From Pseudomonadota bacterium (GTDB taxonomy: Bacteria > Desulfobacterota > Desulfobacteria > Desulfobacterales > RPRI01), in contig JBDRRF010000116.1 in the NCBI GenBank assembly GCA_043825875.1, positions 32,552-96,551 of the forward strand: 64,000 bases of DNA. Direction: 5' to 3'. This document shows, piece by piece, positions 27,704 through 37,910 of the stretch. Every line of letters begins with the position of its first letter. Within the stretch, counting starts at the first letter, position 1. The notes below the pieces were generated by a model. That model ran no database searches and was not told the DNA's origin. It worked only from the letters and a program-made list of their open reading frames with translations. Made by a program: the position numbers and the translations under genes.

Positions 27704-30700
27704 ATGAAAAACAAACCCAGGCCTGAACGTCAAAAGAAAAAACAGGCCAAAACTATACCGGAAGAATCATCACCTGAGCAACCAGTTGAAAATGTAGTTG
27801 CTGAAATACCCTTTCCGGTAGTTGGCATCGGCGCTTCAGCCGGAGGCCTGGCAGCCTTTGAGGCATTCTTTTCAGGTATGCCAACAGACACCAACCCGGA
27901 TATGGCTTTTATTCTGGTTCAGCATCTGGCCCCGGATCATAAGAGCATCTTAACCGAGCTCATCCGACGCTATACCCGTATGCAGGTTTTTGAGGTCGAA
28001 GACGGGATGGTTGTAGAGCCAAACTGCGCCTATATAATTCCGCCCAACCGTGACATGGCCTTTATAAACGGTACCCTCCAATTGCTGGAGCCCTCTTCCC
28101 CGAGAGGCCAGCGTCTGCCTATTGACTTCTTCTTCCGTTCGCTTGCCAACGATCAGCGGGAACGGGCCATTTGCATTGTGCTTTCGGGCACCGGCAGCGA
28201 TGGCGCTCTGGGAGTTCGGGCTATAAAGGGCGAGGGGGGTATGGCCATGGCCCAAAGCCCCACCTCAACCGAATACGACGGTATGCCACGCAGCGCCATC
28301 GCCACCGACATGGTGGACTATGAGCTTCCGCCGGGTGAGATGGCTGCTCAACTCATCACCTATGTAGCCCACGCGTTCGGGAAGTCTCCCGGACCTGCTT
28401 TTGCAACACCGCCCCAATCCGAGAATATTCTTAATAAGATCTTCATACTGTTGCGCGCTCAGACCGGCCACGACTTTTCCCGGTATAAGCCGAACAGCAT
28501 CAACCGTCGCATAGAACGGCGCATGGCACTTCATCAGATAGAAACGCTTGACAGATATGTCAAATATCTGCAAAAGAATCCGGACGAGGTTGAGGCTCTG
28601 TTTCGCGACCTTCTTATCGGTGTAACAAATTTCTTCCGTGATCCTGAAGCCTTCGATGTTCTCGAAAAAATGGCCATCCCCAAGCTCTTTGCCGGCAAGC
28701 CTGCAGATAGCATGGTTCGCATCTGGACTCCTGGATGCTCAACAGGCGAAGAGGCCTTTTCCATCGCCATCCTCCTTCAGGAGCACATGGAAACCCTGAA
28801 GCAAAATTACAAGTTGCAGATATTCGCCACCGACATTGACAGTAATGCTATTAGCACAGCCCGTGCCGGCCTCTATCCGTCAAGCATTGCGGCCGACATC
28901 GCACCGGAAAGGCTGGCGCGCTTTTTTTTACCCGAGCCTGGTGGCACCACTTATCGCATCAAAAAAGGCATCCGCGACATACTGGTTTTTTCGGAGCAGG
29001 ATTTAATTAAAGATCCGCCCTTTTCCAAACTTGACCTTATCAGTTGCCGTAATCTCATGATCTATTTAAACGGAGACCTACAGAAAAAGCTGATTCCCCT
29101 GTTCCACTACGCGCTGAAACAAGACGGCATGCTCTTTCTGGGTACATCCGAAACCATTGGCGGGTTTGACGATCTGTTTGCCGTAATAGATCGTAAATCA
29201 AAGCTGTATCAGCGCAAAGAATATTTTCACAGCTTACAACACCATGGTATAGGCCGATTTCTTCCTCCCATAACAGCAAGAGAGATGACTGTTTCACGTA
29301 CAGCAGGAGATACAAAAAAACTTCCGCTTCGTGAATTGGCTGAGCAATCTATTTTGCAGCAGATCGCCCCGGCCGCAGCACTTGTAAACGGGAAAGGGGA
29401 TATACTTTATCTGCACGGCCGTACCGGAATGTATCTTGAACCAACCCCCGGCGCGGTTGGTGTTAATAATATCCTTAAAATGGCCCGCGAAGGGTTGCAA
29501 AACGATCTGACTATTGCCATCCACAAAGCCGTGGCAACAAAAGAGATCATACGCTGCTACGGCGTGTATGTCAAAACCAACGGCAACATGACTGCGGTTA
29601 ACCTGACCGTACGTCCGGTGCCAAAAGACTCCTTAGCGTTATCTGAGACGCCCCTGTATATAGTAATAATAGAGGAAGTGCCGCAGCCGGAACCGGATAG
29701 CAGTAATCATCCTGCATTAATCAGTGATCAGCTGCCGACCGGTTATGGATCAGACGGGCTTATCGCAGATACAAGTATAGAGGCGCTTAAGCAGGAATTG
29801 TCCGCCAAGGAAGAATATCTACGGAGCGCCAATGAGGAGCTGGAAACTTCCAACGAAGAGCTGAAATCCTCCAATGAGGAAATGCAGTCTGTGAATGAAG
29901 AATTACAATCAACCAATGAGGAACTTGAGACATCCAAAGAGGAGTTGCAATCGGTAAATGAGGAACTGGCGACTGTCAACATCGAGCTGCAAACAAAAAT
30001 GGCCGACCTTACCCAGGCTAATAACGACATGAACAATCTGCTGGCCGGCACAGGTATCGGCACTATCTTTGTGAACCATCAACTGCACATCCTTCGTTTT
30101 ACTCCAAATGCCTCCAAGATCATCAACCTTATACCAGGCAACTTAGGAAGACCCGTCGGCCACATAGTATCTAACCTTATAGACTATGACAGCCTTGTGA
30201 CAGACGTGCAGACCGTGCTGGATACACTGGTTCCCAGGGAAGTAGAAGTTCAGGCAACGGACGGCAAATGGTACATGATGCGCATCCTTCCATACCGTAC
30301 GCTGGACAACATAATTGAGGGTGCAGTGATCACCTTTGTTGAAATAACTGAGATGAAGCAGGCGAAAGAATCACTTCGAAAATCCAAGAAACTGCTCCGT
30401 CTGGCGGTAGTAGTGCGCGATGCATACGATGCAATTATAATGCAGGATCTTGATGGAAAAATTCTGGCCTGGAACCCCGGAGCCGTTAAAATATACGGTT
30501 GGAGTGAGTCAGAAGCACTGGGGATGAACATCCGCGACCTTATTCCTGCCAGGTTGCAAAAAGAAGCATTGGCCAAGTTACAGCAGCTAAGCCATTCTGA
30601 TATTCTTGAACCGTATCGTATGCAACGGATCGCAAAAAACGGTACTATAATTGAGGTCCGGATAACTTCTACTGCTTTGGTGAATGAATCAGGGCGTATG

Positions 30701-30748
30701 TATGCGGTTGCAACAACGGAAAGGGAAACCGGACGAACAAAAAAATAA
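27704..30748 (+). CDS. CheB methylesterase / CheR methyltransferase fusion with coiled coil and PAS domains
   Basis: CheB triad motifs GASAGG, QHL, SGTGSDG; CheR motifs VTNFFRD, GCSTGEEA, ATDID, CRNLMIY; NEEL repeats; C-terminal PAS domains. Confidence 0.95.
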   Translation: MKNKPRPERQKKKQAKTIPEESSPEQPVENVVAEIPFPVVGIGASAGGLAAFEAFFSGMPTDTNPDMAFILVQHLAPDHKSILTELIRRYTRMQVFEVEDGMVVEPNCAYIIPPNRDMAFINGTLQLLEPSSPRGQRLPIDFFFRSLANDQRERAICIVLSGTGSDGALGVRAIKGEGGMAMAQSPTSTEYDGMPRSAIATDMVDYELPPGEMAAQLITYVAHAFGKSPGPAFATPPQSENILNKIFILLRAQTGHDFSRYKPNSINRRIERRMALHQIETLDRYVKYLQKNPDEVEALFRDLLIGVTNFFRDPEAFDVLEKMAIPKLFAGKPADSMVRIWTPGCSTGEEAFSIAILLQEHMETLKQNYKLQIFATDIDSNAISTARAGLYPSSIAADIAPERLARFFLPEPGGTTYRIKKGIRDILVFSEQDLIKDPPFSKLDLISCRNLMIYLNGDLQKKLIPLFHYALKQDGMLFLGTSETIGGFDDLFAVIDRKSKLYQRKEYFHSLQHHGIGRFLPPITAREMTVSRTAGDTKKLPLRELAEQSILQQIAPAAALVNGKGDILYLHGRTGMYLEPTPGAVGVNNILKMAREGLQNDLTIAIHKAVATKEIIRCYGVYVKTNGNMTAVNLTVRPVPKDSLALSETPLYIVIIEEVPQPEPDSSNHPALISDQLPTGYGSDGLIADTSIEALKQELSAKEEYLRSANEELETSNEELKSSNEEMQSVNEELQSTNEELETSKEELQSVNEELATVNIELQTKMADLTQANNDMNNLLAGTGIGTIFVNHQLHILRFTPNASKIINLIPGNLGRPVGHIVSNLIDYDSLVTDVQTVLDTLVPREVEVQATDGKWYMMRILPYRTLDNIIEGAVITFVEITEMKQAKESLRKSKKLLRLAVVVRDAYDAIIMQDLDGKILAWNPGAVKIYGWSESEALGMNIRDLIPARLQKEALAKLQQLSHSDILEPYRMQRIAKNGTIIEVRITSTALVNESGRMYAVATTERETGRTKK

Positions 30749-30760
30749 AGGAGCCCCATA

Positions 30761-31906
30761 ATGAGCAACAATGACAACCGTTCAGGACAATCCGGGCCTG
30801 CAAGAAGCCAGGTGCAGTTTTTACGCAGGGAGGCGGAAAAAATCCTGCGGGAAAGAGCAGCCCGGTCGCCTGAGAATATCAAGACCCTGTCGTCCGAGGA
30901 AACTCAGCAGGTACTCCACGAACTGCGTGTGCACCAGATCGAACTTGAAATGCAAAATGATGAGCTGCGCCGGATACAGGTAGAACTTGGTGCCGCCGGG
31001 GCCCGCTATTTCGACTTGTATGATCTTGCCCCGGTGGGTTATGTTACAGTTAGCGAAAAGGGACTGATTTTAGAGGCGAACCTTACCGCCGCAACTTTGC
31101 TGGGCGTTGGCCGGGGTGAGCTTATCAAACAACCTTTTTCCCGGTTTATCCTAAAAGAAAATCAGGACATCTACTATTTGCATCGCAAAAAGCTTTTTGA
31201 AGCCTATTCCGCAAATACAGCACAAGATGCCGAACCGCAGGCTTACGAACTGCGGATGGGAAAAAAGGATGAAACGATATTTTGGGCACATCTTACCATT
31301 ACCGTTTCACATGATACCGACTGTACCCCTGTGTGCCGTATCACGATAAATGATATTACCAAACTCAAACAAGCGGAAGAAGATGCAAAACGTATAGCGC
31401 GGGAGTGGGAGTCTACCTTTAACGCTTCTAACGATGTCTTCTGGATTCTGGACCAGAATCAGCGGATATTGCGGACAAACAAGGCCGCAGAAAAGTTCTT
31501 TAATCATGACAGCCAGGATTTGATCGGCAAACACTGTTGGGAGATTGCACATAAAACATCGCATCCGATTCCTGAATGTCCTATCCTCCGGGCACGTGAG
31601 AGCCTGCAACGTGAGGACATGGAACTACAGATCGGCAATGGTTGGTTTCAAGTAACCACCGATCCCATAATAGACACAGCCGGCAAGTATGCCGGTGCTG
31701 TCCACATTGTAAGCGACATCACCGAACACAAACAGTCCGATGAAAAAATAAAGAACCAACTGAAGGAACTGCACAGATGGCAGGCTGTTATGATGGGACG
31801 CGAGGGCCGTGTACAGGAACTTAAGCGCGAAGTCAATGAACTCTGCCGCCGCATAAACGAACCTATTCGCTACCATAGCCAGGAAGACAGTCCGGCGGAT
31901 TCCTAA
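30761..31906 (+). CDS. PAS-PAS protein with coiled coils and no recognisable output domain
   Basis: LHELRVHQIELEMQNDELRR coil, two PAS/PAC domains, C-terminal REGRVQELKREVNEL; no H-box or GGDEF. Confidence 0.85.
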   Translation: MSNNDNRSGQSGPARSQVQFLRREAEKILRERAARSPENIKTLSSEETQQVLHELRVHQIELEMQNDELRRIQVELGAAGARYFDLYDLAPVGYVTVSEKGLILEANLTAATLLGVGRGELIKQPFSRFILKENQDIYYLHRKKLFEAYSANTAQDAEPQAYELRMGKKDETIFWAHLTITVSHDTDCTPVCRITINDITKLKQAEEDAKRIAREWESTFNASNDVFWILDQNQRILRTNKAAEKFFNHDSQDLIGKHCWEIAHKTSHPIPECPILRARESLQREDMELQIGNGWFQVTTDPIIDTAGKYAGAVHIVSDITEHKQSDEKIKNQLKELHRWQAVMMGREGRVQELKREVNELCRRINEPIRYHSQEDSPADS

Positions 31907-32321
31907 GTATAGAGATTTATAAAAATTTTGTACTAAGAGCCGAAGCAATATCAAACTTAAAAATCAATACTCGGGCAAAATAATGTTTCAGCTACACAAT
32001 CCGTATAGTTCGTCTTCCAATCCTGTTTTCATCATTTCCATCAGTTACAAGAACCCGCCTTATGGCGCCTGCATCTATATGTCTGTCAATAATAAAAGCT
32101 CAACCAATCTAAAAATAAACTGTTAAATCAGTGATTGCAACGTTTCCGGGTTTGCTTTAATCCTCTTGCCAACGCACTCTTTATTTTTTTGATCGATTAT
32201 GGTAACTTCGTAAAAAATCAAAAGCAGGCTATACTTATTAAAAATGGCATTAAGAGCGGCGGCAAAAAAGCTGCTGTGCCTTATGCCGGACATCATATTC
32301 AGATCATACAGGTGAATCACT

Positions 32322-32912
32322 ATGTCTTTTCAAGAAAGAGTTATAGAAATACAGCTTCCTGATTGGATTGATACTTTCATAAGCAACCAGCCTGCTTATA
32401 TGCCATCCATTGAAGACCGCATGTCTTTTGTTATCGAAGCCTCGAAACTTAATGTTTCCAATGGTACCGGCGGCCCTTTTGCTGCTGCAATATTTGAGTC
32501 TGAATCAGGGAAATTGATTTCTCTTGGCGTAAACATGGTTACTTTAGAAGCCTTGTCTGTTCTGCATGCGGAAATTGTGGCTTTTGCGCTTGCGCAGAAA
32601 AAAGTCGGCACCTACGACCTTGGAGGCCAGGGTTTACCTGCTCATGAGCTTGTAGCCAGTACTGAACCATGTGCTATGTGTCTGGGTGCGATTGTCTGGT
32701 CCGGAGTACGAAGAGTCATAACAGGCGCTACCGATTATGATGCAAGAAAAATCGGATTTGATGAAGGGCCGAAAATTAAGGAGTGGAAAACCGAACTTGA
32801 GAAGAGAGGGATTGTAGTCATATCAGATGTCAAACGGGAAAAAGCAGCAAAAGTTCTTCTCAATTATTCCTTACAAGGTGGAAAAATATATAACTCGCGT
32901 GAAACCGGTTAA
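32322..32912 (+). CDS. Nucleoside/nucleotide deaminase (CDA/TadA/guanine deaminase-like)
   Basis: GGPFAA, HAE, EPCAMC, GFDEG. Confidence 0.9.
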   Translation: MSFQERVIEIQLPDWIDTFISNQPAYMPSIEDRMSFVIEASKLNVSNGTGGPFAAAIFESESGKLISLGVNMVTLEALSVLHAEIVAFALAQKKVGTYDLGGQGLPAHELVASTEPCAMCLGAIVWSGVRRVITGATDYDARKIGFDEGPKIKEWKTELEKRGIVVISDVKREKAAKVLLNYSLQGGKIYNSRETG

Positions 32913-34400
32913 TTAAGATTTTTCTTTCGGGGCTTTTTTGCCCTTTTTCTTAAATTTTTCAAGAAAATCTTCAATTTCAGATTTTCTGTTTTTATCCTCT
33001 GTTTTTTCCAATGCCTTTTCAAAATGAAAGCGGGCAATTTTATCATCTTTTTTGTTTATATAAAACAAACCCAAATAGTAATGGGCATCGGCCATATTAT
33101 CCATTTTCCCGCTTGTTTCACCAAGATAATATAATGCCATATTGTAAAATGGATAGTTACTGGTAATGTTTAAAAACAAATCTCTGGCTTCTTTCAATTT
33201 TCCGGTTTCCGCTTTAATACGTCCCAAAAAAAATAGAGTCTCAGGGTCATCCGGAGCAAGGCTTATCGCTCCTTCAAGGGTTTTTTGCGCTTCAGGATAT
33301 CGTCCATCCTGAAAATATGTTTTCCCGAGATCTCTTAAAATTTCGGGGTCAAAAGGGTTCTTCTCAAGAGCTTTTTTAAAATATTCCACCGCATCCGATC
33401 TATCCCCGTTCTGAGATAAAATCAGGGCATATTTATATTGTGCCATAATATCTTTTGGATGCTTGTTTACATCCTCTTTAAACATTTTTAAAACATTTTC
33501 CTTATTGCCGTACATAACAAGAAGCCTTGTATGTGCTTTTTCAAAATTATCATTGTTTAAAGCCGATTTCTTGTTTGATGCTCCATCATTTTCTCCTATT
33601 CGGTTGCTAAGATAGTTTATACGGTCTTCAACTGCAGGGTGAGTTGATAGATAAACTGGGATATCATTAGGGTCATACCAGCGTTTGTCACGTATTTTCT
33701 TTAACATACTTAATGTTCCGTCACCTGTGTATCCTGCTTTTCTAAGGTAATTCAAACCTATCTGATCGGCCTGTATTTCATCTTCGCGGCTGTACGCAAG
33801 AGAAAGAGACTGCCCCATAGCAGCAGTGCCCATAAGCAGAGCATTCCCGGCATCTCCCGCACCCCCCACTCCAAGGAGTATGCCGGCAGCCATTCCTGCA
33901 AGAGTTGCGATTTCAATTTTTTTTGATTTTTCAAACCGGTCGGAAAGATGGCGGCAAACTACATGTGTAATTTCATGAGCTATTATGCCTGCAAGTTCTT
34001 CTTCATTGTCCATTGCCTCAATTAATCCGCTGTGAACAAATATATTTCCTGCAGGTCCTGCAAATGCATTAAAATTTTCATCTTTTATTATATTAAACCG
34101 GTAGGTAAAAGGCTGGGGTGGAGCAGCGGCTAATATCTTGCGCCCTATATCGTTAATATACTTTACCAAAACCGGGTCATCAACAATTTCATAATGCTCT
34201 GCAACAGCTTTAAGAAATTCAACGGCAAGTTTTTCTTCCTCTTTCACTGTCAGGCAATAAGCTTTTTGAAAACCAAAAGAAGTTCCGAAAATAAATATTA
34301 TGCTATATATCAAAACGATCTTCATCGATAATTTCATATGTTTCATTATATTAAGAGACCCCTTTGCCGTTAATGGCAAAACACTATATTTATTTATCAA
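32913..34400 (-). CDS. M48 family metalloprotease with TPRs (BepA/YfgC-like)
   Basis: NAFAGPAG, HEITH, YSREDEIQAD, YLSTHP, C-terminal TPRs. True start probably about 34338-34347. Confidence 0.9.
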   Translation of the reverse strand: MINKYSVLPLTAKGSLNIMKHMKLSMKIVLIYSIIFIFGTSFGFQKAYCLTVKEEEKLAVEFLKAVAEHYEIVDDPVLVKYINDIGRKILAAAPPQPFTYRFNIIKDENFNAFAGPAGNIFVHSGLIEAMDNEEELAGIIAHEITHVVCRHLSDRFEKSKKIEIATLAGMAAGILLGVGGAGDAGNALLMGTAAMGQSLSLAYSREDEIQADQIGLNYLRKAGYTGDGTLSMLKKIRDKRWYDPNDIPVYLSTHPAVEDRINYLSNRIGENDGASNKKSALNNDNFEKAHTRLLVMYGNKENVLKMFKEDVNKHPKDIMAQYKYALILSQNGDRSDAVEYFKKALEKNPFDPEILRDLGKTYFQDGRYPEAQKTLEGAISLAPDDPETLFFLGRIKAETGKLKEARDLFLNITSNYPFYNMALYYLGETSGKMDNMADAHYYLGLFYINKKDDKIARFHFEKALEKTEDKNRKSEIEDFLEKFKKKGKKAPKEKS

Positions 34401-34592
34401 ATAGTTACTTCACATTCGATTTGATTTGATATGATGTTTCGTATATAGTTTAGCGGTTATTATAAACTATGGATTTGTCTGCAATTTAGCTGTAGACGTA
34501 ATTTTTACAATTGTTTTATAATAATAATGAAAACTCAAAAAGTCAAAACATGAGCGTATTATTAGTAATTATTGAAATAAATCAATAATTCT

Positions 34593-34735
34593 GAGCCACT
34601 CTCAAAACGTTTAAGTTTGGTCAAGCTCAAGGCGGGAGAAAATTTCAACCGCAGTAATACATTGAGTATTTCGAGGATTGAAATTTGAGCCCAACGCTTA
34701 AGATCGGCCAAAATGGGGCGTTTTGAAACTGGCTC
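34593..34735 (+). mobile_element. 143-bp MITE, copy 1
   Basis: TIRs GAGCCACTCTCAAAACG / CGTTTTGAAACTGGCTC, flanked by a TTCT direct repeat; near-identical copies at 38703 and 55006. Confidence 0.9.
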
Positions 34736-34767
34736 TTCTGTGTCGTAAAACAAAAAGGGGTATTATA

Positions 34768-35157
34768 ATGGCTATAAACGAAAGCGATCTTGAAAAAGAA
34801 ATTATGGGCCATGTGGCAGATAACGAACTTTCATGCACCGATGCATTCGAGATTGCATGGAGATTACAAATACCGGCTTGCGATATAGGAGCTACTGCCG
34901 ATCGGCTTAAGCTTAAACTTGCAAAATGCCAGCTCGGACTTTTTGGATATAAACCCGATAAAAAAATTGTAACCGCCAAAGATTTGGTATCAAAAGAGCT
35001 GGAAAATGCCATTCGAAATTGTCTTGATGACGGCAAACTGTTGTGCATCAAAGCATGGGAAATAGCTAACACTTTAAACATACAAAGATTTTCCGTAAGC
35101 TGCGCATGTGAATCTCTTGGGATAAAAATCAAAGAGTGCCAGCTTGGTGCCTTTTAA
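34768..35157 (+). CDS. Hypothetical protein with two CxxAxxIA...CQLGxF repeats
   Basis: Start ATG 34768 (the ORF-track start lies inside the MITE); LSCTDAFEIA...KCQLGLF and LLCIKAWEIA...ECQLGAF. Confidence 0.75.
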   Translation: MAINESDLEKEIMGHVADNELSCTDAFEIAWRLQIPACDIGATADRLKLKLAKCQLGLFGYKPDKKIVTAKDLVSKELENAIRNCLDDGKLLCIKAWEIANTLNIQRFSVSCACESLGIKIKECQLGAF

Positions 35158-36601
35158 CGACTCTATTATAAGCAGCAATGATAATTCTATGAGAAAGATA
35201 CCCCGTTACAATTTATTTATCGTATTTTTGTATCTTGCTTTCTGTGTATTTACTGTCTGGGTAAAGAATTCTGAAAACGCAAGCCTTCATGCTATTCTAA
35301 AACACGGGCAAATAAATGTAATTACATTAAACAATGCTCATTGCTATTATTTTTATAAAGATCAGCCTTTAGGTTTTGAATATGAACTGGCGAAGGCTTT
35401 TGCAGAATATCTTGGTGTAAAACTTAATGTACAGGTAGTAGAAAAACCGGAAGACTTGATACCTGCTTTGAAAAAAACCAAAAATTCTTTTATCGCTGCA
35501 AACATTACAATAACTCCGGAAAGAATAAAAGAGGTAGCCTTTTCAGATAGCTATATGAATGTTCGGCAGCATATTATTATTAGAAAAAATAAAGCATGGC
35601 TTATAAAAACCAAAAATGATCTTGCAGACCGGTATGTTCATGTAAGAAAAGGCTCTCCTTATGAAGATCAGCTTAAGAAATTAAAAGAGCAGGGAATTAA
35701 TCTTAAAATAGTATCCAAAGAAAACACCTATGACGAAGAATTGATAGAAAAAGTTGCAATGAAAAAAATTAAGATTACTATTGCATACTCCAATATAGCC
35801 AATCTTAACAGAAGATATAATCCGCAGGTTGTGATTGCTGGCGCAATAAGTGAATTTGAACCAGTGAGCTGGGCGGTTAAACGTAATGACAAAACTCTAT
35901 TATTACGTATCAATGATTTCTTTAAAATGATAAAAAATAATGGGAAATATGCTGAAATTCGCAACAGATATTATTCAGGAATTGATTCTTTTGATAGCAC
36001 GGATATAATAGTTTTTTATGTAATGTTGAGAACAAGGTTTCCCATTTACAGCCAATTTATCAAAGAAGCCTCAGCCACATACGGTTTTGACTGGAGGTTG
36101 ATAACAGCCATGGCATACCAGGAATCAAGGTTTGATCCTTTTGCACAAAGCCATGCAGGTGCTTATGGATTTATGCAGATAACTCCCGAAACAGCATTTA
36201 GCCTGGGATTGGGCAGCATATTCGACCCTGAACAAAATATCCATGCAGGCGTTCGATATCTAAATAAATTATACAAATACTATCGATTAAAATCAAAACC
36301 GGACAGACTGTTTATTTCTCTGGCAGCATATAATATAGGCCAAGGTCATATTTCAGATGCCATGGATCTTGCAATACTAATGAAAATAAATCCATATAGC
36401 TGGGCATCTATTTCAAAAGTACTACCTTTATTGAGTGAACAAAAGTATTATTCCAAGGCAAAGTTCGGATATTGCAGAGGCTCGGAAGCCGTTAATTATG
36501 TGAATCAGATTATGCATTATTATGAAATTTTAAAAAAAGATGCTATAAGACGTAAAATGAAAAAGCCCCATGTAAAAAACAATCAAAATGAAATGCTTTG
36601 A
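35144..36601 (+). CDS. mltF: Membrane-bound lytic murein transglycosylase F
   Basis: SBP_bac_3-like N-domain (GFEYELAKAFA) plus SLT domain (AYQESRF, GFMQI, LAAYNIG.GH, GYCRGSE.V.YV). Start may be ATG 35189. Confidence 0.9.
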   Translation: MVPFNDSIISSNDNSMRKIPRYNLFIVFLYLAFCVFTVWVKNSENASLHAILKHGQINVITLNNAHCYYFYKDQPLGFEYELAKAFAEYLGVKLNVQVVEKPEDLIPALKKTKNSFIAANITITPERIKEVAFSDSYMNVRQHIIIRKNKAWLIKTKNDLADRYVHVRKGSPYEDQLKKLKEQGINLKIVSKENTYDEELIEKVAMKKIKITIAYSNIANLNRRYNPQVVIAGAISEFEPVSWAVKRNDKTLLLRINDFFKMIKNNGKYAEIRNRYYSGIDSFDSTDIIVFYVMLRTRFPIYSQFIKEASATYGFDWRLITAMAYQESRFDPFAQSHAGAYGFMQITPETAFSLGLGSIFDPEQNIHAGVRYLNKLYKYYRLKSKPDRLFISLAAYNIGQGHISDAMDLAILMKINPYSWASISKVLPLLSEQKYYSKAKFGYCRGSEAVNYVNQIMHYYEILKKDAIRRKMKKPHVKNNQNEML

Positions 36602-36684
36602 AATTGTCTCTTTAGAAAAAGTTTTATGCATGGTTTATAATTTAAAAAAATATTTTTAAAAAGACACAATATTTGGAGAAAAAA

Positions 36685-37851
36685 ATGAACCGAAGTTTTA
36701 ATTTCATGCTTATACTTGCGCTACTGCTGAGTTTATCTTTTTCGAATGCATATGCAATAGAAAAAAAAGATTTTCCAGTAACTCCAAAAACAAATAATGG
36801 TAAGAAATGGCGGATCGCTTATCTTGAAGCAGGCAGCTATGAAAATTATACTGACAATCTGCGGGCTCTTGTTATAGCCCTTTCTGACTTGGGTTGGGTG
36901 CAAAAACCTGTTTTTCCAAAATCAGAAAAAAACAATGACAGTAAAAAACTTTGGCAGTGGATATCAAAAAATCTGAAAAGCAATTACCTTGAATTTGTTT
37001 CTGATGCTTACTGGTCAAGTAATTGGGACGATAGCCTGAGAGAAAAAAACAAGAAAATAATTATTGAGCGGTTTAACAAAACAAAAGATATTGATCTATT
37101 ATTGGCTATGGGAACGTGGGCAGGACAGGATCTGGCAAACAACGAACATTCCGTTGCTACCATTGTAATGTCCACCAGCAACCCTCTTGCTACAAAAATT
37201 ATAAAAAGTGCCGATGATTCAGGCTATGATCATTTGAACGTAAGAGTTGATCCAACAAGATATGAACGCCAGATCAGGATCTTTCATGATATATTTAAAT
37301 TTAAAAAACTTGGGGTGGTTTTAGAACAAAATACGATTGAAGGAAGAAGCTATGCTGCAATAGATGATATTAATCGGGTTGCGAAAGAAAGCGGCTTTGA
37401 TGTTATAACTTGTAATGCACCGTTTTCAGATGTTTCCAGCAAAGATGCATATAATGCGGTATTGAAATGTAATAGCGAACTTGCTCCTAAAATCGATGCT
37501 TATTATATTACAGTTCATCGTGGAGTAACACTTAATAATATGGATAAATTACTGGCTCCTTTCATGCAATATAAAATACCTACTTTCTCACAGCGCGGAA
37601 CAGAAGAAGTAAAACATGGCGCACTGCTAAGTATTGCACGGGCAGGATTCAAATACGTTGCGCGTTTCCACGCAGAAACTATTGCCAAAATATTTAACGG
37701 GGCAAAGCCGCGTAATCTTGAGCAGTTATTTGAAGACCCACCCAGAATTGCCATAAATCTGAAGACAGCTCAAATTATCGGCTATGACCCAGGAGTGGAT
37801 ATTCTCGGATCTTCAGATGAAGTCTTTGAAGATATTGCCGTTACAAAATAA
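36685..37851 (+). CDS. Periplasmic substrate-binding protein (ABC_sub_bind-like)
   Basis: Signal peptide ending AYA; KWRIAYLEAG, AMGTWAGQDL, IPTFSQ.G..EVKHGALLS, IAINLKTAQIIG. No ABC permease or ATPase nearby. Confidence 0.8.
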   Translation: MNRSFNFMLILALLLSLSFSNAYAIEKKDFPVTPKTNNGKKWRIAYLEAGSYENYTDNLRALVIALSDLGWVQKPVFPKSEKNNDSKKLWQWISKNLKSNYLEFVSDAYWSSNWDDSLREKNKKIIIERFNKTKDIDLLLAMGTWAGQDLANNEHSVATIVMSTSNPLATKIIKSADDSGYDHLNVRVDPTRYERQIRIFHDIFKFKKLGVVLEQNTIEGRSYAAIDDINRVAKESGFDVITCNAPFSDVSSKDAYNAVLKCNSELAPKIDAYYITVHRGVTLNNMDKLLAPFMQYKIPTFSQRGTEEVKHGALLSIARAGFKYVARFHAETIAKIFNGAKPRNLEQLFEDPPRIAINLKTAQIIGYDPGVDILGSSDEVFEDIAVTK

Positions 37852-37858
37852 TTTGTGT

Positions 37859-37892
37859 GAGCCAGTTTCAAAAACAGGTTTTATAACCGGTC
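37859..37892. repeat. Short hairpin made from MITE terminal repeats (possible terminator)
   Basis: GAGCCAGTTTCAAAA is identical to the MITE TIR and pairs with the degenerate GTTTTATAACCGGTC; lies 7 bp after the SBP stop. Confidence 0.5.
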
Positions 37893-37910
37893 AATATGGG
37901 AAGATAAGAA

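Noticed and set aside
30250..30882. Long antisense ORFs (e.g. 30250-30882, 19848-20258, 22449-22883)
   Set aside because: Shadow or alternate-frame ORFs over well-supported genes, with no independent motifs.
32123..32362. Short ORFs upstream of the deaminase
   Set aside because: No RBS or recognisable motif; more likely degenerate intergenic sequence.
34723..34751. MITE-borne -35 (TTGAAA) forming hybrid promoters
   Set aside because: A properly spaced -10 is weak at copy 1 and absent or misplaced at copies 2 and 3.
34562..34753. ORFs overlapping MITEs and repeats (34562-34753, 52515-52766, 54009-54332, 55360-55638, 59597-59809)
   Set aside because: They are translations of noncoding repeat elements.
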